From Myxococcota bacterium (GTDB taxonomy: Bacteria > Myxococcota_A > UBA796 > CAJQPC01), in assembly GCA_036229005.1 (NCBI GenBank), contig JAZAMN010000016.1, positions 64,001-128,000 on the forward strand: DNA of 64,000 nt. The letters are read 5' to 3'. Made by a program: the position numbers and the translations under genes. The notes below the pieces were generated by a model, which made no database searches, was not told the origin of the DNA, and saw nothing but the letters and a program-made list of their open reading frames with translations. Within the stretch, counting starts at the first letter, position 1. Every line of letters begins with the position of its first letter. This document shows, one piece after another, positions 11,858 through 20,767 of the stretch.

Positions 11858-12418
11858 ATGGTCCTGCTCGCCCTCTCTCTGTCCTCCGCCAGCGCGATGG
11901 AGGTCCGCGACCGCTGGGACCCCGAGCACCCCATCGCCCTGGGCAGCCGCGCCGCGCTCTGGCAGGCCGACTACCGCGCCCCGGGGGTGGGCGGACAGCT
12001 CCACTACCAGCCCTGGCAGCGCCTGGGGGTCGAGGGCTTCTGGAACAGCTTCGCCCTGCCCGAGGCGGGCCTTCTGCGGCACGACCACGTCATCGGGTTC
12101 CACCTCTACAGCCCGTGGCTTGGTGGTGCTCGGCGCTGGGTCGGCCCAACATTCGGGAGCTGCGTGGACTTCCGCTTCCTGTCTCCTCTGGGCACCGACG
12201 AGGCACTGCCGGGCCAGTCCGACATCCTCTTTGGCGTGCACACCGGCCTGATGGGCATGGCCTACCTCTTTGGGGGCTGGTCCCTGCAGACCACCGTCGA
12301 GGTCTTTGGCTACTGGGGCAACCAGGCCAAGGTCGACGGCTGGGCGGCCACGGCCTCCAACCAGCTCCACTTCCAGCCGGTGCTGCAGGGCTCGGTGGGG
12401 CTCAACCATTGGTTCTGA
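11858..12418 (+). CDS. Secreted protein, probable small outer-membrane beta-barrel
   Basis: Signal ending SASA; alternating amphipathic strands; C-terminal GSVGLNHWF ending in an aromatic residue. Confidence 0.65.
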   Translation: MVLLALSLSSASAMEVRDRWDPEHPIALGSRAALWQADYRAPGVGGQLHYQPWQRLGVEGFWNSFALPEAGLLRHDHVIGFHLYSPWLGGARRWVGPTFGSCVDFRFLSPLGTDEALPGQSDILFGVHTGLMGMAYLFGGWSLQTTVEVFGYWGNQAKVDGWAATASNQLHFQPVLQGSVGLNHWF

Positions 12419-13356
12419 GCCTGCTGCTGGCCTGCGCCCCCGACTCGGTGGGCGCGCTCTCCGACCAGTGCGCCGACTGCCACGCCACCCAGGCCGACGC
12501 CCTGGCCGCCAGCACGCTCTCCCGCGAGGCCCCCACCGCGCTCTTCACCGCCCTGCAGGCCCAAGCCGCCGCCCTCCACGGCCCCTCCGCGGCCGCCCAG
12601 TGTGACGCCTGTCATGCGCCCGTCGTGGGGCACCAGGGGGGCCTGAGCTGCGCGAGCTGCCACGCCGCCGTCGGCCACCGCGCGCCGGAGAATGGAGCGC
12701 TCATCCACGAGCTCTGGGGGCCTGTGTTGGGCACGGAGAGCCTGTCCTCGCCGGCGCACAGGGTGCAGTCCAGTGTCTTCCTGGGCGACCCGGCCCTCTG
12801 CGGTACATGCCACGAGCTCCAGGGCCCAGCGGCCCTCTCCGAGACCCCCTACACCCACTGGCGGGACAGCCCCGCGGCCCAGGACGGCGTCGGCTGCGCG
12901 GACTGCCACATGCCCCAGGGCGACCACAGCTTCCCCGGCCTGAACGGCGACCGCGACACCGCCCTCTCCCTGCTCCGCGAGGCCGCCGAGCTCGAGCGCA
13001 TCCCCGGCGGCGTGCGCCTCCACAACCGCAACCCCGGCCACGCCCTGCCCGACGGCGCGGCCTTCACCCGGCGGCTGGTCCTGCAGTGGCGCTTGGACGG
13101 GCAGGTGCTGGGCGAGCACAGCCTGACCCCCAGCTACCGGGACGGCCAGGGGGAGGAGATCCACAGCCCTCTGGCCGCCGCAGCCCACCAAGACAACAGC
13201 ATCCCCGCTGGCCAATCCCGGGACTTCTTCCCCCCAAGCGAGGTCACCCCGGCGCAGGCCTGCCTGGTCTTTCAGCAGCAGGATCCGGCGCGGCTCGCGG
13301 AGCGGGGGCGGCCCGCGGCGGGGGGGGTGGGGGAGGTGGGGTGTTTGGGGTGGTGA
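12409..13356 (+). CDS. Pentaheme c-type cytochrome lipoprotein (c554/c552-like multiheme family)
   Basis: Five CxxCH motifs (CADCH, CDACH, CASCH, CGTCH, CADCH), plus HSFPG and GHALPDG; TTG start at 12409 overlapping the upstream gene; LLLA-C lipobox. Confidence 0.85.
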   Translation: MVLSLLLACAPDSVGALSDQCADCHATQADALAASTLSREAPTALFTALQAQAAALHGPSAAAQCDACHAPVVGHQGGLSCASCHAAVGHRAPENGALIHELWGPVLGTESLSSPAHRVQSSVFLGDPALCGTCHELQGPAALSETPYTHWRDSPAAQDGVGCADCHMPQGDHSFPGLNGDRDTALSLLREAAELERIPGGVRLHNRNPGHALPDGAAFTRRLVLQWRLDGQVLGEHSLTPSYRDGQGEEIHSPLAAAAHQDNSIPAGQSRDFFPPSEVTPAQACLVFQQQDPARLAERGRPAAGGVGEVGCLGW

Positions 13357-13360
13357 GATG

Positions 13361-13447
13361 GTCAGGTATCGGAGGTCAGGTATCGGGCATCACGCCCTGC
13401 GGGCTCCGGGCGTCTCGGCGACCGGCGACCGGGGACCGGGGACCGGC
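13361..13447. repeat. Heptamer short tandem repeats (GTCAGGTATCGG x2; GACCGGC/GACCGGG x4)
   Basis: Directly visible; the GACCGG-type units are the reverse complement of those at 5771 and 52635-52663. Confidence 0.7.
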
Positions 13448-13589
13448 ATGACGTTGAGGTGGGGGTGGGCGTTGGGGCTCTGACCGGGGGGGGCATCACG
13501 CGGAGCTGGGCTGAGCGTCGAGGCTCTGGGCGTGCGCGGCGTGGGCGGCGTGCGATGTTGGGGAGGACAACTTCCTCGCGCTCTTGGTG

Positions 13590-13825
13590 AGCTACGGGGG
13601 CTCAGTGCGCGCTTTCGGTGAGCTACGGGGGCTCAGTGCGCGCTTTCGGCGAGCTACGGGGGCTCAGTGCGCGCTTTCGGCTCAGAATAGGCCTCGGTGC
13701 AGGCGTTGGGCGCGCACTGACAGGCCGTAGCTCAGGAAAGGCGCGCACTCACAGGCCGTAGCTCAGGAAAACCGCGCACTGACAGGCCGTAGCTCCGGGC
13801 GGCCGCTCACTCAAACCCCGTAGCC
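13590..13825. repeat. Second convergent array of motif AGCTACG-N7-AGTGCGCG, 3 direct + 4 inverted units, exact 31-bp period
   Basis: Direct units start at 13590, 13621, 13652; inverted units start at 13711, 13742, 13773, 13804. Confidence 0.9.
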
Positions 13826-13885
13826 CCGAGAACATCGGAGCCCGGCGGCTTGTCCCCGCGCAGCGACGCGCCTACCCATTGAGAG

Positions 13886-14548
13886 ATGGACTCTCCAACC
13901 GACGCTTCCCTGTCCGACCGACTCCACCTCGCGCGCCGCTCGGCCGGTCATGCCGTCGGACGCACGGTCGCTGCGGTGGTCCTCCTGGCCACGGCCCTGG
14001 CTGGCCTGTACAGCGCCTTCCCAGACGCCCTGGAGCCCTCTGTCTGGCGTGGCCTGGTCGCCCTCGCGGGTCTGTTTGTGGTCACCAGGGGTCTGATGGC
14101 CAGCCGCCGGGTGCGGACTGCCCGCCACCTCTTCTGGGCCGCGCGCCGCCGCGCGCAGCACCGCGCCGAGGACACGCCCAAGGCTCTCCCAGCCCCCCAA
14201 AGCCGCCCCGAGTCCGCCTCGCAGCGCGCCGTTCGACTGCTGACAGCAGTCCTGGGCGACGAAGCGATCGTGCACGAGGGTCGCGCACACGGCCTGTCCC
14301 TGGCCAGCCGCCTGGATGAGCTCAAGGAGCTGCTGGCAGACCCCGAGCTCCAGCCCACCCTGCGCCGCCCGGTCGCCGAGGAAGCCACCCGCCTGGAGTC
14401 GGAGCTGGAGGGGCTGTTGGAGCTCCTGGCCCAGTACGGCCGCGCAGACCGGCAGGCCCGGCAGGACCTGGCCCAGCGGCTGGAGGCGCACATCGAGACC
14501 GAGTCGCTGGTCCCCGCTGGCCTGCTGGGCAGCGTCCCGGAGCTCTGA
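13886..14548 (+). CDS. Hypothetical membrane protein (2 TM helices + helical C-terminus)
   Basis: 220-aa ORF with two hydrophobic segments and a coiled-coil-like tail. Confidence 0.72.
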   Translation: MDSPTDASLSDRLHLARRSAGHAVGRTVAAVVLLATALAGLYSAFPDALEPSVWRGLVALAGLFVVTRGLMASRRVRTARHLFWAARRRAQHRAEDTPKALPAPQSRPESASQRAVRLLTAVLGDEAIVHEGRAHGLSLASRLDELKELLADPELQPTLRRPVAEEATRLESELEGLLELLAQYGRADRQARQDLAQRLEAHIETESLVPAGLLGSVPEL

Positions 14549-14602
14549 GGCGACCCGCCGCCTCGGCCACCCCCGATACCTGACCCCTGATACCCGAGCC
14601 CC

Positions 14603-15265
14603 TCAGAGCCCCTTCAGCTCATCATCCACCTTCGCCTCTCCCACAAAGCCGTACCCGATCCACTGGATCCGCAGGTCCGCGTCCAGCACGTAGGTCACGC
14701 TCTGCTCGCTGGGCATCCAGGCCGCGCGGTCGCTCGCGCTCATGCCGTAGAGCACCGGCTCGACGCCGTAGCTGCTGCTCCAGTCGGCCGCGTCGCTCGA
14801 GGTGGCGGCGGCCGTCTCCGGCCCGTTCACCAAGACCACCGCTGCGCTCGCCCCGCGGGTGGAGGCCACCGAGGACACCCACCCCGAGAGCTGCTGCAGG
14901 TTGCTGTCGTAGGCGTGGCCCACGGAGACCACCATCGGCCCCTCGCCGTGCTGCGCCCACAGGCTCCAGGCCGCGCCGGTGCTGTCCTTGATGGCCAGGT
15001 CACAGGCGATCTGGCCCAGGCCCACCGCGCAGTCCTCGCCGCCGGGGATCACGTCCGTGTCGGCGTCGGTGTCGGTGTCGGAGTCCGCGTCGGCGTCGCT
15101 GTCCGCGTCGGCCTCACCGCTGTCCGCCGTGTCCGCCGTGTCGCCAGAGCCGGTGTCCAGCTTCTCGAAGGCGGTGTCCAGCGTAGGCGCGATCCGCTCG
15201 CCCCCCGCGCCGAAGGGGTTTGCACGGTCCGGAAGACAGGCCAGAGTGGAAAGCAGCAGCAGCAT
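14603..15265 (-). CDS. Lipoprotein with acidic linker and degenerate redoxin-like domain (no CxxC)
   Basis: TLA-C lipobox; DADSDAD linker; GQIACDLAIKDSTGAAWSL...TYVLDADLRIQW resembles a redoxin fold. Confidence 0.7.
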   Translation of the reverse strand: MLLLLSTLACLPDRANPFGAGGERIAPTLDTAFEKLDTGSGDTADTADSGEADADSDADADSDTDTDADTDVIPGGEDCAVGLGQIACDLAIKDSTGAAWSLWAQHGEGPMVVSVGHAYDSNLQQLSGWVSSVASTRGASAAVVLVNGPETAAATSSDAADWSSSYGVEPVLYGMSASDRAAWMPSEQSVTYVLDADLRIQWIGYGFVGEAKVDDELKGL

Positions 15266-15306
15266 GGGACAACTCCGTCCCCAGTCTATCCCACCCAGGA
15301 GTCCCC

Positions 15307-15870
15307 GTGACCCTCTGGCTCGCCCTCTTGGCCTGCGGCCCCCCGGCCCCCGAGCTCACCCTCTCCCCCGCGGAGCCCACCAGCGCCGACACCCTGGTCG
15401 CCCAGACCGAGCCCGTCGACAACGGCTACGGCGACGACCTGCCCCTGGTCTACCAGTGGTCTCTGGACGGGGAGGAGGTCGAGGGGCTGGAGGGCCCCGA
15501 GCTGGGGGCTGGGTACACCGCTCGGGGAGAGGAGTGGACCGTACAGGTGTGGGCACTGGACGGCGACGTCGAGGGCCGGCGTGCGCAGGCCACCACCATC
15601 ATCCGCAACGCGCCCCCAGTGGCGACCCTGGCCGGCCAGGAGCGGCAGGCCAGCGACGAGCACCTGAGCGTCAGCGTCAACGTCATCGACAACGACGGCG
15701 ACGACGTGACCTGGTCGCTGCGCTGGAGCGTCGACGGCCAGGACAGCGGCGAGACCGCCGAGGTCCTCCCGCCGGAGCGCACCCAGCCCGGCGAGATCTG
15801 GGTGGCCACCCTGGACGCCGACGACGGCCAGGCTGCCGTGCAGTCCACCCTGGAGATCGAGATCTACTGA
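15307..15870 (+). CDS. Lipoprotein with two Ig-like beta-sandwich repeats
   Basis: AGGAG RBS + GTG; LLA-C; repeated YQWSLDG/LRWSVDG motifs with an NAPP linker. Confidence 0.75.
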   Translation: MTLWLALLACGPPAPELTLSPAEPTSADTLVAQTEPVDNGYGDDLPLVYQWSLDGEEVEGLEGPELGAGYTARGEEWTVQVWALDGDVEGRRAQATTIIRNAPPVATLAGQERQASDEHLSVSVNVIDNDGDDVTWSLRWSVDGQDSGETAEVLPPERTQPGEIWVATLDADDGQAAVQSTLEIEIY

Positions 15871-17189
15871 GCCCCTTCTTGGGCCTCGGCGCCCCGGTAG
15901 TAGGGGAACACCAGCTCCTGGGTGCCCGGGCAGGCGCTCACCGGGAAGTCGAGCTGTGAGAACACAAAGGCCAGGGCCTCCGCGCTCACGCCGTGGTCCT
16001 CGCCGGGCGCCGTCTCGTCCAGCCGCAGGTCCACCACCCGGCCGAACTGATCGATCTCCAGGCGCACGATGGCCGGCGGCCGCGGGTCCGTGGACTCGAA
16101 GGCCGGGCCCGTCTCCAGGAACTCCTGCAGCGTGCCGTCCAGGTCCATGGGCTCCCGGTTGCCCCCGCTGACCAGCCAGCGGCCCAGGTGCGCGGTGTTC
16201 AGGTCCGGGTCGCGCAGCTTGGAGGCGTTGATGCCCCCGCGCCGGCGCCAGGCGTGGCCCCAGAGGCTGTCGTTGGGGTCCTGCTCGGTGCGCTGGGCGA
16301 TCCAGCCGTTGCCGTCCAGCGTGTAGAGCGTCGGGGTGCGCGGACACTCCAGGTTGGGCTCCAGCGGCGCGCGGCACCAGCCCTGGGGGATCTCGATGGG
16401 ATCGGGCAGGCCCTGCTCCAGGCGCTCGGCGACGCTGATGGGCTGGGGCAGGTGGGCCTCGCAGGCCTGGGCGTTCGCCCACCGCATGGCCAGCACCGGG
16501 AGCGGCAAGAGCAGCCCGCCACCCAGCAGCAGCGCAGCCCCCAGCCGGGGCACCCAGGGCACCGCCCCGCGCCCCAGCCACAGGACGCCGCCCAGCAGCG
16601 CAGCCCCCGTGAGCGCCCAGGCCCCCATCGCCGCGGCGTTCCCCAGCAGGTCCGCGTCCAGGGGGGCGGCCAGCGCCAGCGCGCGCTGCTCCTGCCAGGC
16701 CCAGAAGGCCCCCACGCCCAACAGATCCAGGCCGACCACCACGCCCCGCAGGCCCCGGGTCCACGCCGCCATCTGCGGCGTGGTGCCCACCCGGAGGGCG
16801 CTCAGTCCGGCCGCGCTCCCAGCCACCAGCAGCACCAACGCGGCCCGGTGGTCGGAGACCCGCCCCAGCCCCAGGGCCACGGTGAGCGCTGCCAGCTCCA
16901 GGCTCAGGGCCGTCAGCGCCAGGGGCACCCCCCAGCTTCGGCGCAGGTTCCAGACGGGGCCGATCACCAGCCCCAGGCCAGCGCCCAGCGCGGCGGCGAG
17001 CGCGCTGGTGGCGAGGGTCAGCAGGCCCACATCGAGCGCCCCGCTCAGCCCCCAGCCCACCACGCCGCCCAGAGGAGCGAGCGCCGCGATCGCCCCGACA
17101 CGCCAAGCCTGTCCTCGTTGGCGGGTGAGGGTGAAGGCCAGTGCCAGGCAGACCAGAGGCGCGAGGGTGGGGATCCAGGTGGGCAGCAA
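15864..17189 (-). CDS. Multi-pass membrane protein with C-terminal soluble domain (weakly TonB-C-like end)
   Basis: About 8 hydrophobic segments, then IVRLEIDQFGRV...LDFP...LVFPY; start uncertain. Confidence 0.62.
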   Translation of the reverse strand: MLPTWIPTLAPLVCLALAFTLTRQRGQAWRVGAIAALAPLGGVVGWGLSGALDVGLLTLATSALAAALGAGLGLVIGPVWNLRRSWGVPLALTALSLELAALTVALGLGRVSDHRAALVLLVAGSAAGLSALRVGTTPQMAAWTRGLRGVVVGLDLLGVGAFWAWQEQRALALAAPLDADLLGNAAAMGAWALTGAALLGGVLWLGRGAVPWVPRLGAALLLGGGLLLPLPVLAMRWANAQACEAHLPQPISVAERLEQGLPDPIEIPQGWCRAPLEPNLECPRTPTLYTLDGNGWIAQRTEQDPNDSLWGHAWRRRGGINASKLRDPDLNTAHLGRWLVSGGNREPMDLDGTLQEFLETGPAFESTDPRPPAIVRLEIDQFGRVVDLRLDETAPGEDHGVSAEALAFVFSQLDFPVSACPGTQELVFPYYRGAEAQEGAQ

Positions 17190-17258
17190 GTCGGCGCTCC
17201 TCTCCTCCTGGACAGCCTACCTGGGAGGTCGGTGCCCGATTTCAGACTTCCGGGGCGC

Positions 17259-18245
17259 TCAGGGCAGGGACTCCAGGATCAACACGTCCTGGGCGGAGAG
17301 GCCCAGGTCCTGGCGGAGCTGCTCGTTGTAGGCGTCCAGGCGGGGCTGGACCTGCTCGACGGTGAAGCGGTAGCCCACGTCCTCCTGCAGGCCCCGGGCC
17401 CGGGAGGCGGGGAGGCTGCCCCCGACGAAGCCGCCGACCGCCAGCACCACACCGCCCAGGGCGGCGCCCCGGTAGAGCGCGTAGGAGTCGGCGTCGGTGC
17501 TGTTGATCTGGCCGATCACGCCCACGCCAGAGAGCACCACGCCGGCCACGCCCATGCCGTAGAGCAGCTTGGACTGGCGCTCGCTGCGCTGGATGTCCAG
17601 GAGCAGGGCCTCGGCGAGCTCCTCCTGGCCGGTGAGCAGCAGGTAGTCAGGGACGCTCAGGCGCTGGTCGCCCTCGTACACCGCCCAGGTCTGCACCGTG
17701 TAGTAGGGGTCCGTGATCACGGGCTGCATGACCCCGGTGCCGGCGGTCACCCCGTAGCCGGGCTGGTAGACGCTGGAGACGCCGCCGCCGCGCAGCTCGG
17801 TCTCCTCGCGGATGGACAGGCGCTGGGCCTTGTACTCGCGCAGAGCGGCCAGCCGCTCGGCGGCGTCGATCTCAGCCTGGGCGGCGGCCTGGGCCTGGGC
17901 GCGGCGGGCGGCCTCCTTCTCGGCGCGGAGCTGCTCGGGGGACTTGAGGCCCAGGGCGGCGGCGCGCACTTCTTCGTGGGGGGCGTCGTCGTCGTAGGCC
18001 ACGGCCAGCGCGCGGGCCAGCGCGGCCTTGACCGCCGGGGTGTCCTCGCCGGCGAGCAGCTCCAGGAGGGCAGCGCGACGGGGCTCCCCAGTGGTGTCGG
18101 AGAGGGTCGCCAGCACGGTCTCCACCCGCACCTTCTCCTCCCCCTTGAGGGCCAGAGCGGGAGCGGCGGTGGTGGCAGCGGCAGAGGGGCCCGCAGCAGG
18201 CTGGGCCTGGGCGAAGGCGAGCTGGACGCAGAGCAGCAAGTTCAT
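17259..18245 (-). CDS. Hypothetical exported/membrane protein
   Basis: Signal ending AFA; coiled-coil middle; two Gly-rich hydrophobic segments near the C-terminus. Confidence 0.72.
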   Translation of the reverse strand: MNLLLCVQLAFAQAQPAAGPSAAATTAAPALALKGEEKVRVETVLATLSDTTGEPRRAALLELLAGEDTPAVKAALARALAVAYDDDAPHEEVRAAALGLKSPEQLRAEKEAARRAQAQAAAQAEIDAAERLAALREYKAQRLSIREETELRGGGVSSVYQPGYGVTAGTGVMQPVITDPYYTVQTWAVYEGDQRLSVPDYLLLTGQEELAEALLLDIQRSERQSKLLYGMGVAGVVLSGVGVIGQINSTDADSYALYRGAALGGVVLAVGGFVGGSLPASRARGLQEDVGYRFTVEQVQPRLDAYNEQLRQDLGLSAQDVLILESLP

Positions 18246-18297
18246 GCTCTGGGCCTAACCCCCCGCAGACCGCGGCCAAGGGGGGGCGTGCGCAGAC

Positions 18298-18954
18298 TCA
18301 GGCCGGGACCTTGGTCTGCAGCTCGTTGGCGGGCATGGGCGCGACGCCGCCGGCCTGGGGGTAGCGCCGGCGCAGGGTCTCCTGGAGCACGCTCATGCGC
18401 TGGAAGGTGCGGCGGGTCATGGGCGCATCGGCGTGCACGACCTTCCAGAAGCTGTCCAGGACGTCCTGCTCCTCGCGGCTCAGGGCGCGGCTCACAAAGG
18501 GCGGCATGCTGGGGGCGACCGCCGGCAGCAGCAGGCAGCTCTCGAAGGCCTCGGCCCGCCCCAGGAACTCCAGCACCCGGCGCATGCTGGGCTCGGGGCG
18601 CGAGAGGAGGTTGTCATGAGAGAGCAGAATGAACCTGCTCTTTGTGCGCATCAGCTCACAGACCAGCGCGTAGTTGCTGAACCACCAGCTCACCTCGTGG
18701 GGGATCTCCGGCTGGGGCTCCTCTTCGGTCATGACCCCGGCCCAGGAGCGCCAGGGACGCACCAGCCCGACCACGTGGCGGGCCCGGTCGCTGACCTTGG
18801 GCAGCTTGGGGATCGGCACCGCCACCATCGATCCAGGCGGGGGAGTCGCGCCGGCCAGCACCTTCTTCCGGGACACCGTGGTCAACCCCGCGGTCTGCAG
18901 GGTGGAGGACAGGAAGAGGGTCCCGGAGTGCCGGGTGCCGGTGATGACGACCAT
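18298..18954 (-). CDS. Sulfotransferase-like protein
   Basis: N-terminal VVITGTRHSGT (PAPS-binding loop-like), VVGLVRPW, LSHDNLLSRPE...RVLEFLG. Confidence 0.6.
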   Translation of the reverse strand: MVVITGTRHSGTLFLSSTLQTAGLTTVSRKKVLAGATPPPGSMVAVPIPKLPKVSDRARHVVGLVRPWRSWAGVMTEEEPQPEIPHEVSWWFSNYALVCELMRTKSRFILLSHDNLLSRPEPSMRRVLEFLGRAEAFESCLLLPAVAPSMPPFVSRALSREEQDVLDSFWKVVHADAPMTRRTFQRMSVLQETLRRRYPQAGGVAPMPANELQTKVPA

Positions 18955-19138
18955 GCCGAACCAGAGGCCAGAGGATGAAGGGGCTCTCCAATTGAACACG
19001 AGCCGAGGCCAGAATCCCCGACCCTTCTCTTACGTGTCAGGCTTTCACTCTTTCACCCGCCGATCTCGCCGATCTGATCGGGCATCCGGCGCGTAGGGAC
19101 AGATCCATAGGGCGCGGATCCCGCGGCCAGATCCCAGC

Positions 19139-20767
19139 TCAATCCTGGGGCTCCGAGCGCTCCGGCAGCGGCCACGCCAGCCAGGTGTTCCCCTTGGACG
19201 GCAGGGGGGCTCCCAGCTCCTCCATCAGCGCCTTGCGGGCGATCCCCCAGCGCTGCAGCGGCCAGCTCGGTTGGTGCAGCGCCACCACCACAAAGCCCTG
19301 CTCCCGCAGCGCGCGCAGCTCCGGCTCCCCCCAGTCCCGCTGGGGCGGCGGGCCGGGCTCCATCAGCGCGCGGAACCAACGCAGCACGGGATCGCTCTCC
19401 ACGCGGCGGTCCAGGCTGTCGTCCCGCAGGTGGTCCAGCACCATGTTGAACAGGATGGGCCGCTCGTGGCGGATCTGCATCATCTGGTAGGGCAGGTGAT
19501 GGGCCGCGGCGGGCTGGATGGGCAGGTCCAGCACCGCACCCTCGGGCAGCGACTCCAGCACCGCGAGCTCCGGGAAGAGGGGGAGGGGATAGGTCCCCTC
19601 GGGCACACGAGGGCCCATCTCCAGGCCTGCACCCAGCACCAACACCGCGCTCAACCCCGCCCCCCAGCGAGGACCGGCTGTCTGCACCGCCACGCCTGCG
19701 GCCGCCACCGCGAGCACGCTGAGCCCCGCCAGCAGGCGCTCCGGCCAGTGGAACCACCCCAGCAGCGGCACCCGCTGCATCCAGTGGAAGGGCCCCCAGG
19801 GCGCCCCCTGGCCCGGCTCCATCAGCCCCGGCACAGGCCCCAGGGCCAGCAGCAGCAGCAGCACGGCGAGCCCCAGCAGCGGCCCCCAGCGCCGGGGCCC
19901 CCGCAGCAGCCAGGGCAGCGCGGGCAGGCAAAGCAGCGCCGCCCAGGTCGGCCGTCCGATCCCGGGCGCCAGCCACCCCAGCAGCCCCACGCTGGCCCGC
20001 TGGGCCGTCTCCAGGGCGAAGCCCCCTTCGTCCGCCGCCCGCACCCCTCCGGCGCGTACCAAGAAGAGCAACACCCAGGGTCCCCCCAGCGCGAGCGCCC
20101 CCAGCGCCCCCAGACCCAGCGCCCGCAGCCGCTCCCGCCGAAGCTGGAAGGGCAGCACCAGCGCCAGGCAAAGCACCGTCAGCAGCGCCAGCTCCCAGCT
20201 CACGAACAGCACCAGCGCGCCCAAGGCCCCCCACCCCAGCGCCTTGAGGGCCGGCGCGTCCGGGGGCAGGCGCAGCAGGCGCACCGCGGCCGCCGCCGAC
20301 AGGGCCACAAAGCCCAGCCCCACCTGCTCGGGACGGCCCCCCTGCAGGTGCAGCAGCAGGAATCCGTCGAGCTGCAGCAGCAGCCCCGCCACCCACGCCC
20401 CCCGCGGCGCATCCAGGCTGCGGGACAGGGCCGCGCCCCCCAGCCCGGCGATGAACACATAGAGCGCGATCACCACGTTGTACGCCGGAATCAAGCCGAT
20501 CGTCCCCTCCAGGACGCCCACCAGCCACACGTCCAGCCAACCCCCCAGCACCGGCAGCAGATCCAGCCCCTGCGGCCAGCCCAGCAGCTCCGTCTGCAGC
20601 AGCCCCTCCCGCCCCGCGTGCCACCCCATCCACAGGTGCCCCTGCAGGTCCACCGAGCCCATCCCCAGGGCCAGCTCCCCCCCGCGCAGCAGCAGCGCCA
20701 CCGGCAGCAGCGCCAGCACCGCCAGCTCCAGACCGCGCCACAGCAGCGCCTGCCGGTCCGGCTTCAT
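19139..20767 (-). CDS. Multi-pass membrane protein, GT-C/YfhO-like architecture
   Basis: ATG 20767 overlaps the RluA gene stop; 10 or more TM segments, WFHWPERL loop, soluble tail AVLDLP...QIRHERP. Confidence 0.65.
   Translation of the reverse strand: MKPDRQALLWRGLELAVLALLPVALLLRGGELALGMGSVDLQGHLWMGWHAGREGLLQTELLGWPQGLDLLPVLGGWLDVWLVGVLEGTIGLIPAYNVVIALYVFIAGLGGAALSRSLDAPRGAWVAGLLLQLDGFLLLHLQGGRPEQVGLGFVALSAAAAVRLLRLPPDAPALKALGWGALGALVLFVSWELALLTVLCLALVLPFQLRRERLRALGLGALGALALGGPWVLLFLVRAGGVRAADEGGFALETAQRASVGLLGWLAPGIGRPTWAALLCLPALPWLLRGPRRWGPLLGLAVLLLLLALGPVPGLMEPGQGAPWGPFHWMQRVPLLGWFHWPERLLAGLSVLAVAAAGVAVQTAGPRWGAGLSAVLVLGAGLEMGPRVPEGTYPLPLFPELAVLESLPEGAVLDLPIQPAAAHHLPYQMMQIRHERPILFNMVLDHLRDDSLDRRVESDPVLRWFRALMEPGPPPQRDWGEPELRALREQGFVVVALHQPSWPLQRWGIARKALMEELGAPLPSKGNTWLAWPLPERSEPQD

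Noticed and set aside
13590..13825. 31-bp repeats (also 5373-5638) as a CRISPR array
   Set aside because: No unique 25-45-bp spacers, orientation flips mid-array, and no cas genes in the window
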